A DNA stretch of 64,000 nt from Escherichia coli (lineage in GTDB: Bacteria > Pseudomonadota > Gammaproteobacteria > Enterobacterales > Enterobacteriaceae), in the NCBI RefSeq assembly GCF_003790525.1, contig NZ_CP033635.1. One strand, given 5' to 3'. The translations under genes and the position numbers were made by a program. This document shows, one piece after another, positions 1-12,230 of the stretch (positions are counted from its first letter, which is position 1; each line of letters starts with the position of its first letter). The notes below the pieces were generated by a model that was not told where the DNA came from, did not search any database, and saw only the letters and a list, made by a program, of their open reading frames with translations.

Positions 1-280
<280 letters not shown>

Positions 281-281
281 A

Positions 282-1031
<750 letters not shown>

Positions 1032-1103
1032 TTATTCCCAAGAAATGATAGTGAGCGTAATATTCACGCGCTCAATTATCATATCTTATTCCTGGGGAAT
1101 GCT

Positions 1104-2144
1104 ATGACTGGTCAGTCTTCATCTCAGGCGGCAACGCCCATTCAGTGGTGGAAACCCGCGCTTTTCTTTCTCGTTGTCATTGCTGGTCTCTGGTATGTGA
1201 AATGGCAACCTTACTACGGCAAAGCGTTTACTGCTGCCGAAACCCACAGTATCGGTAAATCTATCCTTGCGCAGGCGGATGCTAATCCGTGGCAGGCGGC
1301 GTTGGATTACGCGATGATCTATTTCCTCGCGGTATGGAAAGCGGCGGTGCTGGGCGTACTGCTCGGGTCGTTGATTCAGGTGCTGATCCCGCGTGACTGG
1401 TTATTGCGTACGCTTGGGCAATCGCGCTTTCGCGGCACGCTGCTGGGAACGCTGTTTTCGCTGCCGGGCATGATGTGTACCTGCTGTGCGGCTCCGGTCG
1501 CGGCGGGAATGCGTCGCCAACAGGTGTCGATGGGCGGTGCGCTGGCATTCTGGATGGGGAATCCGTTGTTAAACCCGGCGACGCTGGTGTTTATGGGGTT
1601 CGTCCTCGGCTGGGGTTTTGCGGCGATTCGTCTGGTGGCGGGGCTGGTGATGGTGTTGCTGATTGCGACGCTGGTGCAAAAATGGGTGCGTGAAACACCG
1701 CAAACGCAGGCACCGGTCGAAATTGACATACCGGAAGCACAGGGAGGATTTTTTAGCCGCTGGGGCAGGGCGCTATGGACGCTTTTCTGGAGTACAATCC
1801 CGGTTTACATCCTTGCAGTACTGGTGTTGGGTGCCGCTCGCGTCTGGCTATTCCCCCATGCCGATGGTGCTGTCGATAACAGCCTGATGTGGGTGGTGGC
1901 GATGGCGGTGGCAGGATGCTTGTTTGTCATTCCCACGGCAGCAGAAATTCCGATTGTACAAACGATGATACTGGCAGGCATGGGAACCGCTCCGGCGCTG
2001 GCATTGTTGATGACGCTCCCGGCGGTGAGTTTGCCGTCACTGATTATGTTGCGTAAAGCGTTCCCGGCGAAAGCCTTATGGCTGACGGGGGCGATGGTGG
2101 CAGTGTCTGGTGTGATTGTCGGCGGGTTGGCGCTGTTGGCTTGA
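1104..2144 (+). CDS. yraQ: Predicted permease YraQ (346 aa, multi-pass membrane protein)
   Basis: ORF 346 aa, hydrophobic segments throughout, conserved position. Confidence 0.88.
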   Translation: MTGQSSSQAATPIQWWKPALFFLVVIAGLWYVKWQPYYGKAFTAAETHSIGKSILAQADANPWQAALDYAMIYFLAVWKAAVLGVLLGSLIQVLIPRDWLLRTLGQSRFRGTLLGTLFSLPGMMCTCCAAPVAAGMRRQQVSMGGALAFWMGNPLLNPATLVFMGFVLGWGFAAIRLVAGLVMVLLIATLVQKWVRETPQTQAPVEIDIPEAQGGFFSRWGRALWTLFWSTIPVYILAVLVLGAARVWLFPHADGAVDNSLMWVVAMAVAGCLFVIPTAAEIPIVQTMILAGMGTAPALALLMTLPAVSLPSLIMLRKAFPAKALWLTGAMVAVSGVIVGGLALLA

Positions 2145-2157
2145 TTTGAGGGAAAAC

Positions 2158-2250
2158 ATGTCGGATGCGGCGTAAACGCCTTATCCGACCTACGGTTTGC
2201 ATCGTTGTAGGCCTGATAAGACGCTGCAAGCGTCGCATCAGGCATTACAA
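2158..2250. repeat. REP/BIME palindromic element cluster downstream of yraQ and dolP
   Basis: gccggatgcggcgtaaacgccttatccgac... and ...taggcctgataagacgctgcaagcgtcgcatcaggc match the E. coli REP consensus in inverted orientation. Confidence 0.8.
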
Positions 2251-2256
2251 GGGCTG

Positions 2257-2832
2257 CTATTTAATAAACGTAAACGCCGTAGTTACACGCTTTACGCCGC
2301 TCACCCGGCTGGCAATATCTGCCGCCGCTTTCGCTTCACGTTCAGTCACCAGCCCCATCAGGAACACTTCACCGTTTTCGGTGGTCACTTTCACGTTGGA
2401 CGATTTCACCAGGTCGCTGGTTAACAGCTGCGAACGCACTTTGGTGGTGATCCACGTATCGTTAGACGCTTCGCCCAGACCAATCGGCTGGCCCTGACGA
2501 ATCTCGTTATACACTTCGTTGGCACCGTCTACGCCCATCGCAATTTGTTTAGCGCGAGCCGAAAGTTCAGCGTTTGGTGACTGCCCAACCAACAGCACTT
2601 TGCCCTGATACGCCGTGACATTAATACGGGTTTCTTTCTTAATCTGTTCGTCTTTCGACAATGCGCTGTTCACGCGCACTTCCAGGGTACCATCGTCCAC
2701 CTGGGTGCCGACACTGCGTGGGTCAGTTGCGGCTTTGGTACCTACAGCAGCGGTACCCACTACGGCAGCGGCAACACAACCTTGCAACAGCAGCGCGGAA
2801 AGAAGGACTGCGATTGGCGATAATGCCTTCAT
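2257..2832 (-). CDS. dolP: Outer-membrane lipoprotein DolP/YraP with two BON domains (191 aa)
   Basis: MKALSPIAVLLSALLLQGC lipobox signal peptide; length and context match YraP. Confidence 0.93.
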   Translation of the reverse strand: MKALSPIAVLLSALLLQGCVAAAVVGTAAVGTKAATDPRSVGTQVDDGTLEVRVNSALSKDEQIKKETRINVTAYQGKVLLVGQSPNAELSARAKQIAMGVDGANEVYNEIRQGQPIGLGEASNDTWITTKVRSQLLTSDLVKSSNVKVTTENGEVFLMGLVTEREAKAAADIASRVSGVKRVTTAFTFIK

Positions 2833-2841
2833 GTATTCTCC

Positions 2842-3432
2842 TTAAACATCCTGGTGAGGGAAAAGCGTGTTATCGATCAGATCGCACAGGCAATTTACCG
2901 TCAGCATATGCATTTCCTGAATGCGAGCACTACGATGCGAAGGAATGCGGATCTCCACATCCTGTGGCCCTAACAAACCTGCAAGTTCACCGCCGTCATA
3001 GCCGGTTAATGCCACAATGGTCATATCACGCGTAACGGCAGCTTCTACCGCTTTTACAATATCGCGGCTGTTGCCACGGGTGGAAATGGCTAACAATACA
3101 TCTCCCGCATGACCCAGCGCCCGCACCTGTTTTGCATACACTTCATCATGTAAGCGATCGTTGGCAATCGCCGTTAAGACAACATTATCAGTATTTAGTG
3201 CAATGGCAGGTAAGCTGGGCCGCTCCGTTTCGAAACGGTTGATCATGCTGGCAGCAAAATGCTGTGCATTGGCAGCGGAAGTTCCATTACCACAACAGAG
3301 GATTTTGTTGCCATTGAGCAGAGACTGAACCAGCGTCATAGCTGCACGCGAGATGGCATCCGGAAGCGCCTCTGCCGCCGCAATTTGAGTTTGAATGCTT
3401 TCAGTGAAGCAAGCTTTAATTCTTTCTTGCAC
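2842..3432 (-). CDS. diaA: DnaA initiator-associating protein DiaA (SIS-domain, 196 aa)
   Basis: [27 protein letters not shown]...; SIS fold; sits between yraN and dolP. Confidence 0.93.
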
Positions 3433-3451
3433 GCTAATCCTTAAACCTTAA

Positions 3452-3847
3452 TTATGAGTGGTCATTAAAGGCATCCTTAATCCACTCAACCTCATTCCCG
3501 GTGAAGGCTACCACATCGAACCGGCAATCCACAGTATCAAAACTCCCATTATGACGCGCGAGCCACAAGCGGGCAGTCTGTAATAATTTGTGTTGTTTGC
3601 TGCGGGTCACACTGGCTGCCGCGCCGCCATAAAGCGCAGAGCGGCGGTAACGCACCTCGACAAAAACGGTGGTCCTGCCTTCACGCATTATCAGATCGAT
3701 CTCGCCGCCACGCTCGTTCACGTTAGCGGCGATAAACCGCAGTCCTTTGCCTTCCAGCCAGCGACGCGCTTGTGCTTCCCACGCATCGCCGGTCTGTTTG
3801 GTGGTTAACTGGCGGGGACTACCTGACCTTGTTGGTACTGTAGCCAT
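3452..3847 (-). CDS. yraN: UPF0102 family protein YraN (131 aa)
   Basis: ORF 131 aa, conserved position; 5' end overlaps the lpoA 3' end. Confidence 0.88.
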   Translation of the reverse strand: MATVPTRSGSPRQLTTKQTGDAWEAQARRWLEGKGLRFIAANVNERGGEIDLIMREGRTTVFVEVRYRRSALYGGAAASVTRSKQHKLLQTARLWLARHNGSFDTVDCRFDVVAFTGNEVEWIKDAFNDHS

Positions 3848-5841
3848 GATAACTTCCTGTTAATCACGCAATCCGGGTTAGCCGTCAGACTTCCGGTATT
3901 ACCGTTGATTTCAAAACCCTGAACCTGGCGCATTTGTGAGAAATGATTTGCCAACGACCAGGCATCGACGCCCATCGCATACATGCGAGCCAGCGAATAA
4001 TCGTTGTTCACCGCGCTGAGCGCCTGCTGCATTAACGGCAGATTACCGCCTGCCAGCATCGGGATTTCGCTGTACTGCAAGCCTTCCATCTCCAGGCGGA
4101 AATCCGGGCCAGCGGTCCCTTGCGCACTGCGGGAGCTGGCGTACAGCGTTGCACCGCTCTGGCTACCGTTACGCATGGCGATCATTGGTTTGATAAAAGC
4201 GATTTCACCCGGCGTTGCCACAATGTACACCGCATCGACACGACCGCCATTATTGGTGAACTGGTCATCGGTTGGCGTGGTTTGCAGCGTTGGATTGTTG
4301 GTCGTCATGCCGGAGTCGGTTGTTTCTCTGGGAGTAATCGGGCTACCCGTTAAAGCAATACCAGAACCGCCGTTAACACCCGCGCGTAATTCGCTGGTGG
4401 AACCAAATTTTTGTTGCAGAACGGTGCCGCCACCCAGTTTCTGCCACTCTTGCGCAAACGCATTGGCTACGCGATCGCCCAATGAACTGCGTGGGATCAG
4501 CACCAGCGGCGCTTGTTTACCCTGGTCACGAATATGACGCGCTGCATCGCGCGCTTCGTCTTCCGGTGAAAGCGCGAAGTAACAAATATTGACGCGGTTT
4601 TCGATATTCTCCGGCTGGTTCAGTGCCAGCACGTTCAGCGGGGTGTTGCTCTTCAGCAACTCTTCAACGTTATTTTTCAGCAACGGACCGACCACAATAC
4701 TCGCACCATCCTGCTGAACCTGGCTTAAGATCTGGCTAAGTGGTTGTGATGAGGTATCGTAGATTTTTAGCTCTGCGGATGGATTTGCGGGTGCGCTTAC
4801 CGCTGCGGTGCTTGTCGCCGGGGCGCTTACAGGCACCGGCTGGGCCGCAGGCTGCTCACCGGTCAGATCGCTAACCGAGGCTTGTGCCGGGCTGGCAACG
4901 CCATCCACGGTTTGCGGCTGAGGTTGTTCTGCTACGTCTGCGGCAGGTGCGGCAGCTACCTGGGCCGCCACTGGCTGAGTGCCGATATTTTTCGCCGCTT
5001 CAAAGCCTTGCTGAATAGTGCGACCAAATACCGCTGCCTGGCCATTCAGTGGCAACAGCAGGGCGATTTTGTTGGTCGATGCGGGTTTAAACGCTTTTAC
5101 GTTAACCAACTGCGTTGGCAGCATTTTCGCGCCCGGGTTGTTCGGATAACGTTTCTGCCAGTCGGCGATCCCGGCTTTCATCATGTCGGGATCGTTACGG
5201 TTATCAAACCAGATGCGCTGCAGATCCAACCAGCCTTGCAGAATATTTTCGTCGGCATTGATCACGAGCGTATTCGCCTGTTCCTGAGTCATGGAGGAGA
5301 GCGCCTGCCAGGTGGCGTCAATATTCTGCTGCTTTTCTTTCGCGCCGAGCAGCGGTTCCTGAGCAATTAACGCGCGCAGTAAATCAATGGAAGGACGCCC
5401 CTGGCTGGCATCGATTTTTGCCTGCCAGTAACGCGCTTGCTGGTTTTGTTCTAAATCGGCAGGTGTGATTTTCGCCAGCAAGTTTTGCGCGCCAGCAAAA
5501 TCTTTCTGCGCCAGTTTAATCTCTGCCGCCAGCAGTGTTTTCTCGCGACGCTGAGAATCGTTCAGTTCTTGCGGTAGTTGGTTAAACAACTCCACCGCCT
5601 GTCCGGTTTTACCTTCTTTCACCAGTGCATGAATGGCGAGTAATTGCCAGTTGATCCTGGTATCATCAGAACTTTGCTGCATCTGTTGCAGGTAAAAGGC
5701 AGAATCAGCCTGCGCCGTGCCCTGCATATAAGCAGTGGACTGATCGGGAGTATGGGTGCCACAACCGGCGAAAATCAGGGCTGCCAGAACAACAGGCAGA
5801 CAACGCGCGGCTTTCAAACGAGAAAATGTTGAGGGTACCAT
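3805..5841 (-). CDS. lpoA: Penicillin-binding protein 1A activator LpoA (outer-membrane lipoprotein, 678 aa)
   Basis: ORF 3805-5871 trimmed to the start [28 protein letters not shown] (lipobox); TPR-like N-terminus, Pro/Ala-rich linker. Confidence 0.92.
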   Translation of the reverse strand: MVPSTFSRLKAARCLPVVLAALIFAGCGTHTPDQSTAYMQGTAQADSAFYLQQMQQSSDDTRINWQLLAIHALVKEGKTGQAVELFNQLPQELNDSQRREKTLLAAEIKLAQKDFAGAQNLLAKITPADLEQNQQARYWQAKIDASQGRPSIDLLRALIAQEPLLGAKEKQQNIDATWQALSSMTQEQANTLVINADENILQGWLDLQRIWFDNRNDPDMMKAGIADWQKRYPNNPGAKMLPTQLVNVKAFKPASTNKIALLLPLNGQAAVFGRTIQQGFEAAKNIGTQPVAAQVAAAPAADVAEQPQPQTVDGVASPAQASVSDLTGEQPAAQPVPVSAPATSTAAVSAPANPSAELKIYDTSSQPLSQILSQVQQDGASIVVGPLLKNNVEELLKSNTPLNVLALNQPENIENRVNICYFALSPEDEARDAARHIRDQGKQAPLVLIPRSSLGDRVANAFAQEWQKLGGGTVLQQKFGSTSELRAGVNGGSGIALTGSPITPRETTDSGMTTNNPTLQTTPTDDQFTNNGGRVDAVYIVATPGEIAFIKPMIAMRNGSQSGATLYASSRSAQGTAGPDFRLEMEGLQYSEIPMLAGGNLPLMQQALSAVNNDYSLARMYAMGVDAWSLANHFSQMRQVQGFEINGNTGSLTANPDCVINRKLSWLQYQQGQVVPAS

Positions 5842-5905
5842 AATGTATCCAGTGATATTTTTTTTACGCAATGCTCAATATTAAATCGGCAATACGGACG
5901 ACACA

Positions 5906-6769
5906 ATGAAACAACACCAATCGGCGGATAATTCTCAGGGCCAGCTTTACATTGTACCGACGCCAATCGGCAATCTGGCGGATATCACCCAGCGTGCGTT
6001 GGAGGTATTACAGGCCGTTGATCTGATTGCCGCCGAGGATACGCGTCACACCGGTTTATTGCTGCAACATTTTGGGATTAATGCTCGGTTGTTTGCGCTG
6101 CACGACCATAACGAACAACAAAAAGCCGAAACGCTGCTGGCGAAGCTGCAAGAGGGGCAAAACATTGCGCTGGTTTCCGATGCCGGAACGCCGCTAATTA
6201 ACGATCCTGGCTACCATCTGGTGCGTACCTGCCGTGAAGCGGGGATTCGCGTGGTGCCGCTACCCGGGCCGTGTGCTGCTATCACTGCGTTAAGCGCCGC
6301 GGGTTTACCATCCGATCGTTTTTGTTATGAAGGCTTTTTACCTGCCAAATCAAAAGGCCGCCGTGATGCGCTAAAAGCCATTGAAGCGGAGCCGCGCACG
6401 CTGATTTTTTATGAATCTACCCACCGCCTGTTAGATAGCCTGGAAGATATCGTTGCGGTATTAGGCGAATCCCGCTACGTCGTTCTGGCGCGTGAGCTGA
6501 CCAAAACCTGGGAAACCATTCACGGCGCGCCCGTTGGCGAGCTGCTGGCGTGGGTCAAAGAAGATGAAAACCGTCGCAAAGGCGAAATGGTACTGATTGT
6601 CGAAGGCCATAAAGCACAGGAAGAAGACTTACCCGCCGATGCCCTGCGCACGCTGGCGCTGTTGCAGGCAGAACTGCCACTGAAAAAAGCGGCGGCGCTG
6701 GCAGCAGAAATTCACGGCGTGAAGAAAAATGCGCTGTATAAGTATGCACTGGAGCAGCAGGGAGAGTGA
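5906..6769 (+). CDS. rsmI: 16S rRNA (cytidine1402-2'-O)-methyltransferase RsmI (287 aa)
   Basis: [28 protein letters not shown]...; tetrapyrrole-methylase-like fold; divergent from lpoA. Confidence 0.93.
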
Positions 6770-6773
6770 TTAC

Positions 6774-6806
6774 AGGCGTTGCAGCAGGAATAGCGCTACA
6801 ACGCCT
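6774..6806. terminator. Hairpin between the convergent rsmI and agaI genes (probable bidirectional terminator)
   Basis: Inverted repeat aggcgttg...caacgcct in the 49-bp convergent intergenic gap. Confidence 0.5.
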
Positions 6807-6818
6807 TTACCAGGCGAG

Positions 6819-7586
6819 TTAACGACGACACATTTCATCAATCACGCATGTGAAATGGTTATGCAGCCATAAAAACGAAGCCGGGATAGCGGTAGAGACT
6901 TTAGCCGTGAGAAAACGTTCTGTCGCATCCTGCTTTCCTTCGCCAGTCACCAGTAGCAAAACTTCGCGGGTATTGAGAATATCCTTCAGGCCTAAGGTGA
7001 TCCCACGAGTCACGGGACGGCCCGCGGTTTTTAACATCTCATGTTGCTGTGTTCTGGCATCAAGTTGACTGATATGGCAGGCCGGTTGCAGGCTTTCTCC
7101 CGGTTCGTTCAGCCCAAGATGACCGTTTTTCCCCAATCCGAGAACGCATAAATCCAGACCGCCTTTGCGCGCAATCAGGTTCGTTACCCGTTCGCACTCT
7201 GTCTCATTTATCTCTTCAGAGCGAAAGCTGATGAGCTGGTCTTCACGCAGCCCCAGCGGCTGCACGATATGCTGTTGTAGGAAAGTTTCGCAGGTGCCAG
7301 GCATTGTTAATGGCAGATCCACCCATTCGTCGAGCTTCACGAAGGTGAGCTGGCTGACATCAACCTGCTGCTGGTGGATTTTTTCTACCAGATAATGATA
7401 CGTCAGTAATGGCGTGGCTCCGGTCGCCAGGCAAATCACGGCATCCGGTTTACTACGGATCACGGCCAATAAATATTCGCTGGCACGTTCACTTAACGCC
7501 GTATAGTTTTCAACTTGTTGAAGGGTTTGCACAGGATGAAATTCCTTAAGTAAAGAGGCACCGCCAGACGCAGTGCCTCGTTCCAT
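6819..7586 (-). CDS. agaI: Putative galactosamine-6-phosphate deaminase/isomerase AgaI (NagB family)
   Basis: ORF 255 aa, NagB-like; last gene of the agaS-kbaY-agaBCDI operon; exact start uncertain by a few codons. Confidence 0.88.
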   Translation of the reverse strand: MERGTASGGASLLKEFHPVQTLQQVENYTALSERASEYLLAVIRSKPDAVICLATGATPLLTYHYLVEKIHQQQVDVSQLTFVKLDEWVDLPLTMPGTCETFLQQHIVQPLGLREDQLISFRSEEINETECERVTNLIARKGGLDLCVLGLGKNGHLGLNEPGESLQPACHISQLDARTQQHEMLKTAGRPVTRGITLGLKDILNTREVLLLVTGEGKQDATERFLTAKVSTAIPASFLWLHNHFTCVIDEMCRR

Positions 7587-8378
7587 TTACAAAATGCCGA
7601 ATGCGGAACAAACAATAGAGAGCACAAAAGTCACGCCGATTAACAGCACCGGATGCGCTTTTTTCACCCGCAGGAAGTAATACATCAGCAGGGTGTAGGC
7701 CATCGGTAAAATGTTCGGGAAGACTTTATCGAAGAAATCCTGCTGCAGTGCGACGCTGTGGGTACTGTCGATGGCAAACGATGTCACCACGTTAATATGC
7801 ACATACGAAGCGATCAGCCCGCCGATTACCGTGATCCCGAGGATGGTTGCCGAACGAGCAATCATCTGCGAGTTCTTTCGCACTTTATCGATCGCCTTCA
7901 CGCCGACTGAATAACCGACGTGGGTCCAGCCGACGCGCAGGAAGAAGATAAGCAGGTAAACGGCGAAAAACAAAATCGGCCCCAACAGGTTTCCCTGGCT
8001 GGCAAATGATGAGCAAATTCCCGCCATAATCGGCAATAAGGTAAACCAGAAAATCGCATCGCCAATCCCGGCGATTGGGCCAAACAGTGCCACTTTGAGG
8101 CCTTTAATGGTGTCGCGGTTTTCTCCTTTTTCTTCCATCGAAATTAATAACCCCATCAGGAATCCGACCAGATTCGGGTGGGTATTAATAAATTCGAGGT
8201 TATCTTTCATCGCCGCGCTTAGGCCCGGTTTGTCGTCCTTATAAATCTTTTTCAGGATCGGCAACATCGCCCAGGTAAAACCGCCCGCCTGCATCCTTTC
8301 GTAGTTAAAGCTCGCTTGCAGCAGTGACGAACGAAAGCCCAGACGGGTGATATCTTTTTTACTGATTTCAGATCCCAT
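7587..8378 (-). CDS. agaD: PTS galactosamine-specific EIID component AgaD (263 aa)
   Basis: ORF 7587-8489 trimmed to MGSEISKKDITRLGFRSSLLQASFNYERMQA (mannose-family IID signature). Confidence 0.92.
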   Translation of the reverse strand: MGSEISKKDITRLGFRSSLLQASFNYERMQAGGFTWAMLPILKKIYKDDKPGLSAAMKDNLEFINTHPNLVGFLMGLLISMEEKGENRDTIKGLKVALFGPIAGIGDAIFWFTLLPIMAGICSSFASQGNLLGPILFFAVYLLIFFLRVGWTHVGYSVGVKAIDKVRKNSQMIARSATILGITVIGGLIASYVHINVVTSFAIDSTHSVALQQDFFDKVFPNILPMAYTLLMYYFLRVKKAHPVLLIGVTFVLSIVCSAFGIL

Positions 8379-9171
8379 TGCTGTAGTCCTCTTCTTCATT
8401 TTTACTGGCAACGGGCTGCGGTTGCGCTTGCTGCCGGGATTTCGCATTGAAAAACTCATACACCGCAAAGCCTGCGCCCAGCACGGCAACCGGCAACAGG
8501 TTGCTGACCTGGATGTAGCAAACGAACAGGAAACCGGCGATCAGGTAAGGGATATATTGCGCTTTGAACATCACGCGCAGCAGCAAGCCAAAACCAACGG
8601 CAGGCAGAATACCGCCAGCCACTTCAAAGCCGTGGGTCAGCCAGGCGGGCATCGCTTTCACCAGCGCCTGCATCGCCCCTTGTGCCAGGTAAGTACAGAG
8701 GAAAGCAATCACCGCATACGCTGAAGCGACGATGAGCATCGTTGTCCAGTTAAGTCGGGAAAATGCTGCCGTATCCGCCTCTTTTGCGCATTTATCGGCT
8801 TTGGTCATAAATAATGAGAAAGCGGAATAGAAGAACAGAATGACGTACTGCATTAACAAACTAAACGGCAGGCCAAGACCAATTGCCGTTTTGGCATCAA
8901 CGCCCGTAGACCATGCAATGACAGTGGTCATCAGACCCGCCATAATAGGGTTGGGCGGCTGAACACCACCTGCAGGGGTTAATCCGGCGAAAGCCAACTC
9001 TGTCAGGCCACCGGTAATTAAGCCAGTCTGAATATCACCGAGAATAGCACCTGTAAGGGTACAAACGATTATCGGGCGGAATAAAAATAAGGCTTCCAGC
9101 CAAAAATCAATCCCCAGAAAGAAAACTAACGCCGCCAGGGATAATCCCTGGAGTAGGGTTATTTCATGCAT
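8368..9171 (-). CDS. agaC: PTS galactosamine-specific EIIC component AgaC (267 aa)
   Basis: ORF 267 aa, mannose-family IIC; overlaps the agaD start by 11 bp. Confidence 0.92.
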   Translation of the reverse strand: MHEITLLQGLSLAALVFFLGIDFWLEALFLFRPIIVCTLTGAILGDIQTGLITGGLTELAFAGLTPAGGVQPPNPIMAGLMTTVIAWSTGVDAKTAIGLGLPFSLLMQYVILFFYSAFSLFMTKADKCAKEADTAAFSRLNWTTMLIVASAYAVIAFLCTYLAQGAMQALVKAMPAWLTHGFEVAGGILPAVGFGLLLRVMFKAQYIPYLIAGFLFVCYIQVSNLLPVAVLGAGFAVYEFFNAKSRQQAQPQPVASKNEEEDYSNGI

Positions 9172-9209
9172 TTTTATTACCTCAAACCAATATTAAGGCG
9201 ATTTTAGAT

Positions 9210-9686
9210 TTAGTCAGGGATTTGTTCTTTTTGATCGCCAGGGACGTCCTGAATGAAAACATTCACGCCACGTTGTTTAATAAAACGTAAGTCCGCGAGA
9301 TCCTGGTCATCGACATAAACTTTACTGCTGATTTGCTTTTTCCCTTCCGAGAAATGCATATTGCCGACGTTGACATCTTTCAGGTCAATACCACCTTCTA
9401 CCAATTTACGTACCGTTTGTGGCGTACGGCAAATCAGGAAGATCTTCTGATGCGGTGCAGCTTTGCCGATGACGTTAATGGTTTTTTCGATAGTAAAGAA
9501 ACGAATGCCAAAGCCGTAGGTTTCTGCGGTAATACCCATTAATTTCTGTTGAATATCATCGTTAGCGACAACATCATCCACGACTACCAACAGATTCGCA
9601 CCGATGGTGGATGTCCAGGTCACGCCAACCTGACCGTGAACCAGACGGTTATCAATACGGGTTAAGAGAATATTTGGACTGCTCAT
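9210..9686 (-). CDS. agaB: PTS galactosamine-specific EIIB component AgaB (158 aa)
   Basis: MSSPNILLTRIDNRLVHGQVGVTWT... (mannose-family IIB phosphohistidine motif). Confidence 0.92.
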   Translation of the reverse strand: MSSPNILLTRIDNRLVHGQVGVTWTSTIGANLLVVVDDVVANDDIQQKLMGITAETYGFGIRFFTIEKTINVIGKAAPHQKIFLICRTPQTVRKLVEGGIDLKDVNVGNMHFSEGKKQISSKVYVDDQDLADLRFIKQRGVNVFIQDVPGDQKEQIPD

Positions 9687-9852
9687 TGTGTAATCCTCAC
9701 CATAAAGTTGAATAATATAATTTTTTTAAATATATTATTGTTGCGATATTGTACTGATGTATTTATTAAGGTTTAGTCATCTCCTTTTCCATTAAGGCAC
9801 TCCCCGATATTAATCGGGAAGTACATTGGGATAAATCATAAAAAACTAATGA

Positions 9853-10725
<873 letters not shown>

Positions 10726-11880
10726 TTATGCCTGCCACGGATGAATGATTACGCCTTGCACCACGCGGTTAACGGTGCCACTGGCTGATGGGGTATCCGG
10801 CGTATTGCCCATGTGCAGCGACTGCATCAGTGCAAACGTCTGGGCGTACATCAGGAAGCAAAATGCCTGCTCAACGTCGATAAAGTGACGGGACGGCGGC
10901 AGGATGATATGTGGACCGGCGGTAATAACGTCGTTGCTTTCCGCGGCGATGGCGATTACGCGCAATGCCTGGTTGTCACGGCGGAGTTCTGCCAGCAGAT
11001 CAAGATCATACTGACGGGTGTAAGGGTGGCTGGAGACAAACACCACCACCAGCGTTTCGTTATCGACCAGCGATTTCGGGCCATGACGGAATCCGGTCGG
11101 GGAATCATAAAAGGCCGCCAGTTTACCCGCCGTCAGTTCCAGCACTTTCAGCGCCGACTCGCGTGCTGCGCCCTGTAAGCCACCGCTGCCGAGATAAACG
11201 ATCCGTTTCCACGGTGCGTAACCAAACACACCTTCGCTGAAATCGCCCAGTGAGGTCAGGATCGCCTGGCAACGATCCGCCACATCGCGGAAGCTCTGGC
11301 TGTTGATCGTCTCAGGTGCGAAAACCGCGAGGCAGCTGGCCATCATGGTGGTAATGCTGCTGGTCATCGCGAAGCCGCGATCGTGCGTTTCTGCGGGCAT
11401 CAGCAGGGCAAACGCGTTGTCGCTGTTGATCGCGTTTTGGTAAAGAGCGCCCGCTTCGTTGCAGGTGATCGGCAGGTGATAGCATTCTGGTACAAATTGA
11501 TTTGCCAGTTCCACGGCGGCGACGCTTTCCGGGCTGTTGCCGGATCGACCGAAGGAGATCAACAGCAGCGGATGAGCTGGATTCAGGTAGTCCATCGGAT
11601 TAGTGACCAGATCGGTGGTCGGTACGGCGCTGAAGTTTTTACCGGTATGGCTGGCGAGCCACGGCGCGATGATGTCACCGATAAATGCCGAGGTTCCGGC
11701 TCCGGTCAGGATTACCCGCAGATTCTCTTTGCGCAGTAACGGTTCAAGGAAGTTATTGAGCGCGGAACGTAGCGCGTCGATGTTGGTGAGTGAACGGATC
11801 CATGCGCGAGGCTGATGGCGGATCTCTTCTTCAGTCCATGTACCGGTTGCGGCAGCAGCAGGGGTGTAATTTTCTGGCAT
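10726..11880 (-). CDS. agaS: Putative galactosamine-6-phosphate deaminase/isomerase AgaS (double SIS domain, 384 aa)
   Basis: ORF 384 aa; SIS-domain features; first gene of the agaS operon. Confidence 0.92.
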   Translation of the reverse strand: MPENYTPAAAATGTWTEEEIRHQPRAWIRSLTNIDALRSALNNFLEPLLRKENLRVILTGAGTSAFIGDIIAPWLASHTGKNFSAVPTTDLVTNPMDYLNPAHPLLLISFGRSGNSPESVAAVELANQFVPECYHLPITCNEAGALYQNAINSDNAFALLMPAETHDRGFAMTSSITTMMASCLAVFAPETINSQSFRDVADRCQAILTSLGDFSEGVFGYAPWKRIVYLGSGGLQGAARESALKVLELTAGKLAAFYDSPTGFRHGPKSLVDNETLVVVFVSSHPYTRQYDLDLLAELRRDNQALRVIAIAAESNDVITAGPHIILPPSRHFIDVEQAFCFLMYAQTFALMQSLHMGNTPDTPSASGTVNRVVQGVIIHPWQA

Positions 11881-11899
11881 AACTCAATCCTTAGTCTGA

Positions 11900-12060
11900 T
11901 GAACTTGACGTCGGGCGTTGTCGCTTTCGCTTACCTTTCGTTTCATTTCACTTGGTGATGTCTTTCGTTGATTAAAATCTATAGAAAAGAAACTGAAAGT
12001 TCAATGGAGAAAAAAGAAATAAAACGAAATTTGTGATCATTGAAAGAAAAGACAAGGGAA
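11900..12060 (-). promoter_or_regulatory. agaS promoter region with AgaR operator-like repeats
   Basis: Repeated CTTTCGTTTCATTTCAC / GAAACTGAAAG / AAAACGAAAT motifs upstream of agaS on the minus strand, resembling AgaR (DeoR-type) operators. Confidence 0.6.
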
Positions 12061-12099
12061 GATTAAAGGATTGCGTGATAACGTCGCTATGTTCACCGA

Positions 12100-12160
12100 T
12101 TGCCGGATGCGGCGTACCGTAGGTCGAAGAAGACGCGTCAGCGTCGCATCCGACACCGCT
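12100..12160. repeat. REP palindromic element immediately downstream of agaA
   Basis: gccggatgcggcgta...gacgcgtcagcgtcgcatccgac inverted REP pair. Confidence 0.7.
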
Positions 12161-12230
12161 GCACAGATCAAAAAGAAAGAAAAAGAAAGGCCTTACGGGG
12201 GAAGTGAAGGCCCAATAAAGGAGCAAACCA

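Noticed and set aside
3805-5871. N-terminally extended ORF-track models for lpoA (688 aa), garK (408 aa), yqjG (389 aa), exuT (472 aa), exuR (279 aa), agaD (300 aa) and others
   Set aside because: The track reports the longest open frame. Internal ATGs with plausible RBS and signal peptides give lengths matching the known proteins, so the shorter starts were used.
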